Shown here: in pieces, positions 18,179-27,366 of the stretch | How the letters are laid out: each line of letters begins with the position of its first letter | Position numbering within the stretch: the stretch's first letter is position 1 | Translations under genes and position numbers: made by a program | Notes under the pieces: model-generated | The model's database searches: none | Told to the model about the DNA's origin: nothing | The model's input: only the letters and a program-made list of their open reading frames with translations | IMG/VR virus record: IMGVR_UViG_3300030419_007568 | Location: 1-52,260 of that record | Origin: a virus | Taxonomy: Duplodnaviria; Caudoviricetes | Direction: 5' to 3' (one strand) | Length of the DNA: 52,260 bases

Positions 18179-19461
18179 TATACTTCTATTTCCCCGTCTT
18201 TGGTAACAAGATGTGGGTACGGCATTGGAAATAGTAATTTTCCGCCAGACTGAATATATTCTTTTTCTCTTTCCACAATCTCATCTTTAAAATACCAGGG
18301 CAGAACCAGCATACAACTAGGATTTAGCGATCGTGCGTGTTCTTCTGAAATCAATTCTATGTCAGTTCCTAAAGTTTTTAGTCCTACTTTATCTGGGTTT
18401 CTCTCGCTTATGTACGGGAGCATCTGTTTATCTATGCCGAAAAGCTGAAGTAACATGTTTCCTTTTGTTGATGCTCCAAGACCAATTACAAACTCGCCTT
18501 TGTTAAGTTCTGCTAACATTGAGTTTTTAATTCTGTCTCTAAGGTCTTTGATCTTATCGTAGAAGTTAACATAAGTCTGGGGATTATACAGATCTAATTT
18601 ATCCTCTTCTTCTAGGAGGGTTCTGAGGGCTTGGGATTCTTGATCTGGGTGGTCAATATGTTTTATGAAAACCCTGGCGCTTCCTCCGTTGACATTATTT
18701 GTACTTGCATCAACAATTTTTAAGCCGTTCCTTTTCATAAGAGTGTTTAGAACTTGTAAAGAATAATACTCTAAGTGTTCATTACAAATGTCGTAGAAAT
18801 TAATATTCTCCAACATCAATGGAAGATAACTCAACTGTATACACCAAACACCATCCTTGTCAAGACATTTTTTAATGTCTTTCACGAAGCTGTTCGGATC
18901 GTCCAAATCATAAAACATAGCACAACTGGTAAATATCTTTACTTTCTCTTCCCCAATAGCTGAACTTACGGCATCAAAAGAGAAATAATCATTAACAATT
19001 CTTATATTTTCATTAACGTGAGACCAGTTAATATTTTCCGCTGGCTCGACGCCAACTCTACGCAAATCTTCGGGAAAGTAAGACAGCATAGTGCAGTCGT
19101 TAGCGCCAATATCTACAACAATTTCACCCGGATTACAAGACACTCTTGATGTGACATCTGATACTACATCCTTAAGGTCTTTTCTCATAGTGTCGCTTAC
19201 GGCTGACCTATAAAAATATTGTTTGTATAACAAATCAGGTTTAACTGTTTCCTTTAATTGCAAAAGACCACAATTGTTTTCATCTTTTGATTTATCGCAC
19301 AACAGGAGTGTCTGTGTAACTTTTAAATCTGATAGTTTATTGTTTTCATTCGAGATGACAAATGTTGGCGACAAATGCTGTTCTTCAATTTTGATAACTT
19401 CGATTAGGTCCGAACAACCACAAATTCTGCATCTTTGAATATTTGTAAAATGGTTTGCCAT
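18178..19461 (-). CDS. NDP-sugar C-methyltransferase (Zn-binding, class I SAM)
   Basis: CRICG Zn motif, DIGANDC, YDICNEHLEYYS, GASTKGN, VLPWYFKDEI, GGKLLFPMP. Confidence 0.88.
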   Translation of the reverse strand: MANHFTNIQRCRICGCSDLIEVIKIEEQHLSPTFVISNENNKLSDLKVTQTLLLCDKSKDENNCGLLQLKETVKPDLLYKQYFYRSAVSDTMRKDLKDVVSDVTSRVSCNPGEIVVDIGANDCTMLSYFPEDLRRVGVEPAENINWSHVNENIRIVNDYFSFDAVSSAIGEEKVKIFTSCAMFYDLDDPNSFVKDIKKCLDKDGVWCIQLSYLPLMLENINFYDICNEHLEYYSLQVLNTLMKRNGLKIVDASTNNVNGGSARVFIKHIDHPDQESQALRTLLEEEDKLDLYNPQTYVNFYDKIKDLRDRIKNSMLAELNKGEFVIGLGASTKGNMLLQLFGIDKQMLPYISERNPDKVGLKTLGTDIELISEEHARSLNPSCMLVLPWYFKDEIVEREKEYIQSGGKLLFPMPYPHLVTKDGEIEV

Positions 19462-19464
19462 TTA

Positions 19465-20298
19465 TTAGACTCCTCTTAGTGATTTTCTTTTTTCTAGCTC
19501 TGAACCCATAACTTCTCTTGGTCCTGATTTTCCCATGGACATTTCCACCGTTCTAATACCCTTCACAAGCTTCATAAGCCCCATAGGTTCGACAGACGAT
19601 AGTTGATCTGAGCCCCACATTGTTCTGTCCAATGTCACATGTCTCTCAACCCACTCCGATCCCAGAGCAACTGCGGCAAAGGTTGAAACTAAGCCATACT
19701 CATGACCGCTATATCCTATTTGTGCTTCTGGGAATTTATGCTTAAGGTGGTTAATGTAGTTTAAGTTTAATTCCTCGTACTTGCTTGGGTACGATGAATT
19801 TGTATGCATGATAACTTCTGGGTTACAAATATTTACACATTCTTCGATTTCTTGTTCTGTGCTCATACCTGTTGAAATTATTAAGGTGTCAAAAGCCTCT
19901 CTTGCTTTTTTGCACAACTCTAAATCTGTAATCAAAGCAGATGGGATTTTGCCAATATTCGTATATTTTACCATAAAGTCAACTGATGGTATGTCCCACA
20001 CAGAGGAAAAGCACTGGATTCCGATTTCCTCGCAGTGTCTGTATATTTCGTCGTATTCTTGTTCTTCGAACTCAATTTTTTTCTTGTAGTCGATATATTT
20101 TATTTCACCCCAAGGGGTTTTTCTAAGCTTGTCTTTTTGCTCTTCGGGGACACAGATATCCGGCGTTCTTTTTTGGAATTTTACATAGTCGCAGCCCGCT
20201 AGGGACGAAGCGTTTATTATTTTTTTAGCTAAATCTACGGAACCATTGTGGTTTATTCCTATCTCCGCTATAATTTTAGTCACTATCTTTTTTTCCAT
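19465..20298 (-). CDS. neuB: NeuB-family nonulosonic acid synthase (no C-terminal SAF/AFP domain)
   Basis: IAEIGINHNG, VKFQKR, IISTGMS, GYSGHE, ERHVTLDRTMWGSD. Confidence 0.92.
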   Translation of the reverse strand: MEKKIVTKIIAEIGINHNGSVDLAKKIINASSLAGCDYVKFQKRTPDICVPEEQKDKLRKTPWGEIKYIDYKKKIEFEEQEYDEIYRHCEEIGIQCFSSVWDIPSVDFMVKYTNIGKIPSALITDLELCKKAREAFDTLIISTGMSTEQEIEECVNICNPEVIMHTNSSYPSKYEELNLNYINHLKHKFPEAQIGYSGHEYGLVSTFAAVALGSEWVERHVTLDRTMWGSDQLSSVEPMGLMKLVKGIRTVEMSMGKSGPREVMGSELEKRKSLRGV

Positions 20299-20915
20299 TT
20301 CATAAAATCATAAGGTGTATCTACATCTATAACATCTTCGATAGGATAGAACACGGTATGGTTATTGTACATGTTATTGTTAAGGGTGTTTAGCGAAAAA
20401 ACTTTGAAGATACAAACAAAGTGAGAAATCTCAAAACATTCTGGATAATCTTGTCTTCTATATAGATCATGTTTGATTACCTGATCTCCTTTGTTTCCTT
20501 CTTTTGAGAACATACACAGGTAAGGGTGCGATAGCAGTTTTTTAGAACATAGAAGCGAATTTGGTTTTTCTGTTTCAAAGTATTTTAAAGCGTCCTCGAT
20601 ATTTCTCCAAGTTCTTTCAGGGTATGTTAAATAAAGCATTACAACTGTGTCATCTTGATTCATTTTGAATTTTTGTGTGACATCCTGCATCACGCTTTTG
20701 ATCGTTGTTTCATCCTTTGCTAGATCTTTGCTTCTTTTTAATATTTTGGCACCGCACAACTCAGCTTTTTTTAATATTTCTTCGTCATCAGAAGTAACTA
20801 TAGTTCTATCCCGCATGTATGCTGGAATTGAATTAATAGTGCTATCAAAAAGTTTTCTATTTTTAAGCGGGAAACCTTTAGATCCTTGTCTCGCCGGTAT
20901 CACATACCAAATCAC
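20283..20915 (-). CDS. neuA: CMP-nonulosonate synthetase (acylneuraminate cytidylyltransferase)
   Basis: IPARQGSKGFPLKN, YRRQDYP, IDVDTPYDF; probable GTG start at 20915 overlapping the upstream stop. Confidence 0.85.
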   Translation of the reverse strand: MIWYVIPARQGSKGFPLKNRKLFDSTINSIPAYMRDRTIVTSDDEEILKKAELCGAKILKRSKDLAKDETTIKSVMQDVTQKFKMNQDDTVVMLYLTYPERTWRNIEDALKYFETEKPNSLLCSKKLLSHPYLCMFSKEGNKGDQVIKHDLYRRQDYPECFEISHFVCIFKVFSLNTLNNNMYNNHTVFYPIEDVIDVDTPYDFMKWKKR

Positions 20916-21775
20916 TTTATCTTTCCTTTCGGAAAAACATCGTACCAAGATAACTCATTAAGATTTACAATTTTTGCCCCCAAGTTAGTGGCGCTATCCA
21001 ATAGTATGCTCATGTCCGATAGGAGGTTTTCACTGTTTTCTTGCCACATGGTATAATGTCCCATGGGTATTGATTTTTTATCGTTCGCATAACCCCGGCT
21101 ATAATCTAAATCCATCCCTGAAATATAGATAGGGCTGCATCCCATCAGAATAGCAAAAGCTATCGCATGTAAGGCAACAGTATCACCTGTGCTGTAGTGC
21201 TTTTCGCATTTTGTTAATTTTTGTAAATGCTCTTGAATGGTTAATTCGTTTTTTTCTATTCCCTTGCAGCACCTACCATACAGGTCAAACCCAGCCCAGC
21301 CCTCTCTTCCGCCGATGCGAGGTGGATGCCACATAATATTGTTATTGCCATACCCTTTAAAATCAAAGTTATTATTTTCTGTATGATAATCTTTGAAATT
21401 TTTCAGTATCGTAATACAATTATGACCCTTAAAGTGTCTTTGATCATATGGCAAATAATCACAAGTTAGGGTTTTTTGAATATACTCGTCAGAAGAATCA
21501 TCCCCATCTTTTGAATACAAAACCGGAGATCCATACTCGTTCATCTTTTTGTGCATTAATGGTATTGAATATTCACTATTTGAAATAACCCAGTAATTTG
21601 GTGATATGTCAAAATGATCGTACCAATTATTCACAGAAAAACGAATCAAGTTGTCAGACTTTTGCATATCAACTATTTTTTCTCTATCTTTATTCAAACT
21701 TGGACCATGGGCGCAAATGGCTGCTGGTTTTCCTTTGTGAATATTGATTATATCAGCTATCTTTAACTTCGTCAC
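20912..21775 (-). CDS. DUF115/Maf-like protein, candidate nonulosonate transferase
   Basis: AAICAHGPSL (GxGPSL-type), FSVNN, TVALHAIAFAILMGCSPIYISGMDL; directly upstream of neuA-neuB. Confidence 0.65.
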   Translation of the reverse strand: MTKLKIADIINIHKGKPAAICAHGPSLNKDREKIVDMQKSDNLIRFSVNNWYDHFDISPNYWVISNSEYSIPLMHKKMNEYGSPVLYSKDGDDSSDEYIQKTLTCDYLPYDQRHFKGHNCITILKNFKDYHTENNNFDFKGYGNNNIMWHPPRIGGREGWAGFDLYGRCCKGIEKNELTIQEHLQKLTKCEKHYSTGDTVALHAIAFAILMGCSPIYISGMDLDYSRGYANDKKSIPMGHYTMWQENSENLLSDMSILLDSATNLGAKIVNLNELSWYDVFPKGKIK

Positions 21776-22193
21776 TTAAAACCTTTTCTTTAGCCCATGA
21801 TATAGCAGGTTTTAGATAATCATAAGTTTTTTCTAACATTTCATCCCAGTCCAGCCACCTTAAATGTTCATGTTCTAAAATACCAGAGTGCCTATTTCTG
21901 ACTATCTTTCCTTCTTGTGTGGTCTCAGCTAAGTATACTATCAATCTATCCGCTTTTATATGGTCTCTCCCCCATTTAAAATTTAGTGCTGTAATACTTG
22001 ACTCTTCTTCTGTTTCTCTAATTGCCGTTTCAAAAAAGTCCTCCCCGTCCTCAACATGCCCCTTTGGTATATCATATCCACCACGAGCCCACAAGCCAAG
22101 AACTTTATAGTCTCCACCAACAACACGGACGACAACAATTCCAGAGCCTGGTGCTTTTGGCGCTGTTTCCCAAGTCCATTTAAAATCTCCCAT
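21753..22193 (-). CDS. Nudix hydrolase (Ap4A hydrolase-like)
   Basis: Nudix box PKGHVEDGEDFFETAIRETEEESSI. Confidence 0.9.
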   Translation of the reverse strand: MGDFKWTWETAPKAPGSGIVVVRVVGGDYKVLGLWARGGYDIPKGHVEDGEDFFETAIRETEEESSITALNFKWGRDHIKADRLIVYLAETTQEGKIVRNRHSGILEHEHLRWLDWDEMLEKTYDYLKPAISWAKEKVLSDEVKDS

Positions 22194-24175
22194 TATCTCT
22201 TAAACCCACTAAGAGGATTGAGAATATCCGTTGTTTTGTGTTTTTTTGTTATTTTTGTTCTTTTTGTCTTGCAAGCACCAACTCTTCTGCCCCACCACAA
22301 AGTCTCTTTACCCCATTCGTATAAATCACCATCATAATTCTTAGCATTAAATTCAATTTCGTTTTTATACTTTCTGAGTTTTGATTTTCTGGTAATGACG
22401 TCGTGAATGTTGTACTTAAATACTCTCCTGATGGGGTAAGTAATGGTGGGATCCAGAATCCCGACTTTTTGATATTCAAATAAATCATCTAAAACGTCTT
22501 GTTCTATTTTGACACCTAAATACCTTTTGATCAAGTCGAGCACCTCTAGGTAATATCTTTCTTTGTGCATACAGACATTGATGGCGGTAGCTTCTTCAAA
22601 GTCCCAGCCAAAGTTTTCTCTAACTTCACCAATAATTCGACCCCACGGCTGTGTGGCCCCAAGCGATCCCTCTAAATTAGTGATAGTTTCCTTTAATTCA
22701 TTGCCAAGAAAACTATCAGGATTATCATAGCAATATTTTAAAAGATTAGTATAAAACTTTTTGTAAGATATATCATGCTCTGCTCTTAAAAACCTACTAA
22801 TAAACTGCGTCAAGCCGAGGTAGTGTCCGGACATTACAGCCCATCTAAAGTAATGCATATTTTTATAGTCTTCGAAAGTTAATTTCTTATGCCCGACTAC
22901 CATCTTTTCTCTTTCTAGTTCATTGTCTCCAGATATATCATAATGATTAAAAGCTTGAAACGTGCTGATGATTTGCAGTTCATATTCGTCTATATAAGAT
23001 TGCATACCAAACGGAGTGTTCGGTAAAGCCGTCATGGCATATATTCCAATATAATTGTGTTGATCTAATTCAATCACATCGCTGATGCCTTGGATAAATG
23101 TCTCTAGCGTTTCTTCTGGTAATCCTAAGATCAACTCAACGTAAGCCGGTACTTTTGCTTTATTATACATCTTAAGAAACTCGCCCAATTTGCCATCGTC
23201 TAGGTTCCTTCTTTTTACGGCTTTAAGGGTATCAGGGTTTCTCGATTGTAATGCTACCGTGATCCCTTTATCCATACCTGAGTCCGTAAAAAGTTTTGCA
23301 AGCTCTAAGACTTTGTCCGCTTTGTTTTTAGCCCAGTCACATCTGTGTTTATCCGGATATCCAGTTTCTTTTTTCTTTTTTACAAAATATTTGGTCACCT
23401 CTAAGTGGTTCGGAAGTAGCCCAAAGTTTGAATCAGCATTATAGACAAAAGCCACCTTGTTGTCTGCCATCCAATCTATCTCTTTAAAAACTTTGTCTAA
23501 ATCTTGCCATTTAATCCTTTGATAATATTTCGTCCCAATCTCACAAAAAGTACACTGATAAGGGCAACCTCTCGTTGTCTCCAGGGTTGCCTCCAAAACA
23601 TAGGGACAATCCTTTGCTATTTCGTCGAACAAACCATTTAGATAAGGACTTGGCATACCATTAATGTCCGGTATTCGGTCTCGGCTAGGGGTTACAAAGG
23701 TTGATAAATCTTCAAGAGGAACAGAGCATCCGGCCACTGCGGTCCAGTCTTGTTCCTCTTTGGGTTTTAAATTTTCTAAAAGTACATCCTTGAATGTAAA
23801 TTCGCCTTCGCCGTGGACTATAATATCCACATATGGATTATCCTCAAAAAATCCTTGGCTACGGTCTTGAATGGGTGGGTACCATCCCCCAAATACGATC
23901 TTACAATCAGGCCACCTCTCTTTTATTCTTTTCGAAATGTCTCGATTAAACTTCCAGTTCCAAACAAAACAACTAAAACCTATAACCGAAGGATCTTCGA
24001 TCTGTTCTATAATTTCGTCCATGTCTTGTCTATAATAAAACCAACCATCGAGCTTGTAGTTGTTTGTTATTTGTTCATCCAAAATACAGTAAGACCAGAT
24101 AAGCCCTGTACTATAAGGAAGCTTCATCTGGTTTGCAATTATGTCATTGATTTCGAACAAGTAAACGTTTTGCAT
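22193..24175 (-). CDS. Cobalamin-binding radical SAM enzyme
   Basis: B12-binding GFSCFVWN/VFGG/VHGEGE region; ETTRGCPYQCTFC CxxxCxxC; ELILGLPEET. Confidence 0.9.
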   Translation of the reverse strand: MQNVYLFEINDIIANQMKLPYSTGLIWSYCILDEQITNNYKLDGWFYYRQDMDEIIEQIEDPSVIGFSCFVWNWKFNRDISKRIKERWPDCKIVFGGWYPPIQDRSQGFFEDNPYVDIIVHGEGEFTFKDVLLENLKPKEEQDWTAVAGCSVPLEDLSTFVTPSRDRIPDINGMPSPYLNGLFDEIAKDCPYVLEATLETTRGCPYQCTFCEIGTKYYQRIKWQDLDKVFKEIDWMADNKVAFVYNADSNFGLLPNHLEVTKYFVKKKKETGYPDKHRCDWAKNKADKVLELAKLFTDSGMDKGITVALQSRNPDTLKAVKRRNLDDGKLGEFLKMYNKAKVPAYVELILGLPEETLETFIQGISDVIELDQHNYIGIYAMTALPNTPFGMQSYIDEYELQIISTFQAFNHYDISGDNELEREKMVVGHKKLTFEDYKNMHYFRWAVMSGHYLGLTQFISRFLRAEHDISYKKFYTNLLKYCYDNPDSFLGNELKETITNLEGSLGATQPWGRIIGEVRENFGWDFEEATAINVCMHKERYYLEVLDLIKRYLGVKIEQDVLDDLFEYQKVGILDPTITYPIRRVFKYNIHDVITRKSKLRKYKNEIEFNAKNYDGDLYEWGKETLWWGRRVGACKTKRTKITKKHKTTDILNPLSGFKR

Positions 24176-24197
24176 TTTTGCTCCCAGAGTTACAACG

Positions 24198-24204
24198 TAA
24201 ATAT
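24198..24204 (-). promoter_or_regulatory. Putative late promoter (ATATTTA) inside the glycan island
   Basis: TAnTTA motif in the only sizeable intergenic gap of the island, upstream of the GGGAG RBS of the radical SAM gene. Confidence 0.4.
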
Positions 24205-24216
24205 GATATATTTATT

Positions 24217-24873
24217 CTATTTTTTGAATATATCATACTCAGACAAGTCTTTGTAAGCCCAATCTCCACCTGTGTCTTCGTTTTCTGGATCGAGTTCCTC
24301 AAAAAGTAAAATCCCTCTAGCTGCCTGTTCTGGTGTCATATACATGTTCCATCCCAAAATTTTGTGATCATCTTTTTCGTAGGGAACTTTTAAATTCCTT
24401 CCCTCGTATCGTGCAATCTTAAACCATTCGTAGGCATCCTTGTCATCTGTGAATATCATTCCGCCCTTACCAATCTTTAATCTCTTCCTGTGGTGAAAAG
24501 AAACACACTGGTAAGACCCTGGGACATACATTCCTTTTGTAAATCTTGTAGCTCCGTCATAAACTGGGGTTGGTTTTAATTGATAAACCCCAGACCACTC
24601 AACGTCTTCAAATTTTACGGTACACCCGGCATGTTTAATCATCCCTGGGACAGAGAGCCAGGTCTTTGAAGGAATTGTTATCTCCCCTTGAAAATTCAAA
24701 TATTTTAAACAAAGAAACATCCCGTCAGTACAATTGTCAACAGATACGGCGTATTTGCTACCAGCGAAAGTTGCTAATTTTCTCTCAAAGATATCAACTA
24801 TGTCCCAAGGATCAACAACCCTGTATCCTTGTCTTTCCAATAACGGAACAACGCTCTCAATTGGTTCAAACAT
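24217..24873 (-). CDS. Short DegT/DnrJ/EryC1/StrS-family PLP aminotransferase
   Basis: AVSVDNCTDGMFLCL, YDGA, SFHHRKRLKIGKGGMI, GWNMYM; only 218 aa. Confidence 0.8.
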   Translation of the reverse strand: MFEPIESVVPLLERQGYRVVDPWDIVDIFERKLATFAGSKYAVSVDNCTDGMFLCLKYLNFQGEITIPSKTWLSVPGMIKHAGCTVKFEDVEWSGVYQLKPTPVYDGATRFTKGMYVPGSYQCVSFHHRKRLKIGKGGMIFTDDKDAYEWFKIARYEGRNLKVPYEKDDHKILGWNMYMTPEQAARGILLFEELDPENEDTGGDWAYKDLSEYDIFKK

Positions 24874-24879
24874 TTTTTC

Positions 24880-25548
24880 TCACTTTTCAAAAAAATTATA
24901 ATAACTGCCAACAACAAACTTGGTGCCCTTCTCGGCTGATGCTTTGTTGCTTTCGGGGTCATACCTGTCAAGCGGAAGAACCCTAAAATCCATACTAACC
25001 CTGGTTAATCCTGTTTCATTGGGTTTATTGCCATGGGTACACTTATTGCCGTTAAAGATAGCAAACTCATCTTTTTTTAAATTTACCGGGAAAAAATCCT
25101 TAAGCCCTGGCACTGACTCAATCCACATTGCCTGTGTATTGACAGAATCTGTTAATGCTATTTGAAAGTTTATTTCTCCCTCGGGGTGTTTGTGGTCTTT
25201 GTCACTGTCGTAGTGCCACTTATTTACTGCCTTTTTGTCAGGCAAGTGAACCCTAAAAGATGGAAAACCTTGGTAACAAAAAGATTGACTAAAGAAAGGT
25301 GACACAACCTCCTCTATAAAAAGTCTGTATGCTTTTTTGATCTCAGTGTTTTTTGTTTCATCGTTCAACGACGAGTAGAACATCTTGTGATAATCTGTTT
25401 TTACCTCGTTGTGGAACCCAAGCTCATAGTCTGGAAATAATTCGTGCCTGTATTTGTGCAGGAGGGAGAGGTCGGACACTTTGAATATTTTCTCTACCTC
25501 TTGTGTGAACTTATACCTTTGTTTGTCATACTTGAGAATTTTAACCAT
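24880..25548 (-). CDS. Putative Fe(II)/2OG-type oxygenase (StrG-like)
   Basis: WHYDSD...CTHGN...TRVSMDFR HxD...H...R pattern; start probably ATG at 25548. Confidence 0.65.
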   Translation of the reverse strand: MVKILKYDKQRYKFTQEVEKIFKVSDLSLLHKYRHELFPDYELGFHNEVKTDYHKMFYSSLNDETKNTEIKKAYRLFIEEVVSPFFSQSFCYQGFPSFRVHLPDKKAVNKWHYDSDKDHKHPEGEINFQIALTDSVNTQAMWIESVPGLKDFFPVNLKKDEFAIFNGNKCTHGNKPNETGLTRVSMDFRVLPLDRYDPESNKASAEKGTKFVVGSYYNFFEK

Positions 25549-26422
25549 CTCGTCGTAATCCTTTCTTGATAATTTCATAAAAGAAATCATCTTGTATCAT
25601 GTAATGTTTTGCTGCCTCATAATTTTCTTTTATGTAAGGCATCATCTCATAATACTTCTCTTTTGAAATGTCGTTAAGAATATCCTTAAGTTCACTCGGA
25701 TGGTTAAACTGTAGAATTCCCTTGGGGTTGAAAAAGTCACCTATATTTTTTGGTCCCCAATAAATTGGCACAGTGCCAGTTATCGCACAGTCTAATATTT
25801 TGTCTGTATAATAATACTCTTTCTGCACATTCTCTGTAGCAATTTGAAACATGTAGTCCTTTAGTGTCTCAAGCTTATCATCAACAAAATTTCCAACTCC
25901 TGCTCCGTAATAATCTATTTCATATGAAAGATCTAAGTTAGGTATAATACTTTTGGCAATTATGTGCCTTAATTTGTGCCCAAAAAGTTGTGTCTTTAGC
26001 GAATAAGGGAACGATATAAGTTTAGTTTTTTGATGTATTTTACACCCATCCGTTCTAATTGCAGCAGTATCGCCAGGGCAAAACACATAGTTTTTACCTC
26101 TTTTGATGAGATCAATGTCAAAAGTTAAGATCAGATCATAATGATCCTCATATTGAACTATTACCTCATAAGCCCACGGCAGAAGCTCTCGTGGTTCTTG
26201 TATAATTGCTACTTTATATGTTGACTGAACCTCAGCTACTCTGTGAAGCTGTTTGTCAGTAAAAATAGTTATCCCCTCAAAAGGGTTCTGGTCTCTGACA
26301 TACTCGACATATGTTGGTTTTCTCCAAAACTCTTTTGGACAAGCGGCTGCCATTGCGGATTCGCTAAAACTGTCCTGCAAGGCAGTCAAATCAAATCTAT
26401 TTATAAGCTCTTTCTTTACCAT
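25541..26422 (-). CDS. GT10-like (fucosyltransferase-like) glycosyltransferase
   Basis: YMFQIATEN...YYTDKILDC..TGTVPIYWG resembles the alpha-1,3-fucosyltransferase motif. Confidence 0.75.
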   Translation of the reverse strand: MVKKELINRFDLTALQDSFSESAMAAACPKEFWRKPTYVEYVRDQNPFEGITIFTDKQLHRVAEVQSTYKVAIIQEPRELLPWAYEVIVQYEDHYDLILTFDIDLIKRGKNYVFCPGDTAAIRTDGCKIHQKTKLISFPYSLKTQLFGHKLRHIIAKSIIPNLDLSYEIDYYGAGVGNFVDDKLETLKDYMFQIATENVQKEYYYTDKILDCAITGTVPIYWGPKNIGDFFNPKGILQFNHPSELKDILNDISKEKYYEMMPYIKENYEAAKHYMIQDDFFYEIIKKGLRRDG

Positions 26423-27366
26423 ATAAAGTTTTCTTTATACCACTTAGTTATGTGTTTTATCTCTTCATCAAAATTTTTCTCTGGTCTCCAGCCCAAGGAT
26501 TTTATCTTAGTATCATCAAGAGCATATCTTAAATCCTGACCTACTCTAGAATATGAGTAGTCAATATGTTTTTCCCAGTCCTTGTCTGTGTCATAAAAAG
26601 ATTTGATTATCTTTCGCACAGTCTCTTTGTTCTGTTGTTCAAAATCTCCCGCAATGTTGTAAATCTCATTTACTTGTCCTTTTTCTATGAGAGTTAATAT
26701 TGCATTTGCTGTATCATCAGCGTGTAGCCAATTTCTTACAGGTGTGCCATTGTTGTGTAAGCTTATCTTCCTTCCCCTCAAGAGGTTTTTCACACATAGA
26801 GGTATTAATTTCTCGGGATATTGTCTAATACCATAATTGTTCGTTGGTCTAGCTATCATATACTCTATATCATATGTCCTAGACCACGCCATGACTAGCA
26901 TATCTGCTGATGCCTTGGCTGCTGAATATGGGTTACTTGGGTGTAGTAAGTCTGTCTCTGTGTGGTGTCCTTCTATAATATCCCCATAAACCTCGTCCGT
27001 GCTTATGTGTAAGAACACTGGTCTGTTGCCACAGTTTTTTGGTTTATTCTTTACTAAATCAAGTAAATTTTTTGTTCCTAAGATATTTGTGCTTACAAAT
27101 TCATCACTATCAATAATGCTGTTCCCAACGTGTGATTCAGCAGCAAAATTAACAACGTAGTCACAATCATATAGAAATCTCATATCCTTAATATCAGTTT
27201 TTTCAAACCTGAAGTTTTTATACTTTTCAAACTCTTTAAGAATTTTGGTGTTTGCCGCATATGTGATTTTATCAACACCAAAAACCATCCAGCCCTTGTC
27301 TAGTGCCTTCTTAACAAAATAAGATGGGATAAAACCTAAACATCCCGTGACATAGATTATTTTCAT
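26416..27366 (-). CDS. rfbB: dTDP-glucose 4,6-dehydratase-like
   Basis: DKITYAA, FAAESHV, HISTDEVYG, NPYSAAKAS, NNYGIRQYPEKLIP, DLRYALD. Confidence 0.88.
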   Translation of the reverse strand: MKIIYVTGCLGFIPSYFVKKALDKGWMVFGVDKITYAANTKILKEFEKYKNFRFEKTDIKDMRFLYDCDYVVNFAAESHVGNSIIDSDEFVSTNILGTKNLLDLVKNKPKNCGNRPVFLHISTDEVYGDIIEGHHTETDLLHPSNPYSAAKASADMLVMAWSRTYDIEYMIARPTNNYGIRQYPEKLIPLCVKNLLRGRKISLHNNGTPVRNWLHADDTANAILTLIEKGQVNEIYNIAGDFEQQNKETVRKIIKSFYDTDKDWEKHIDYSYSRVGQDLRYALDDTKIKSLGWRPEKNFDEEIKHITKWYKENFIW

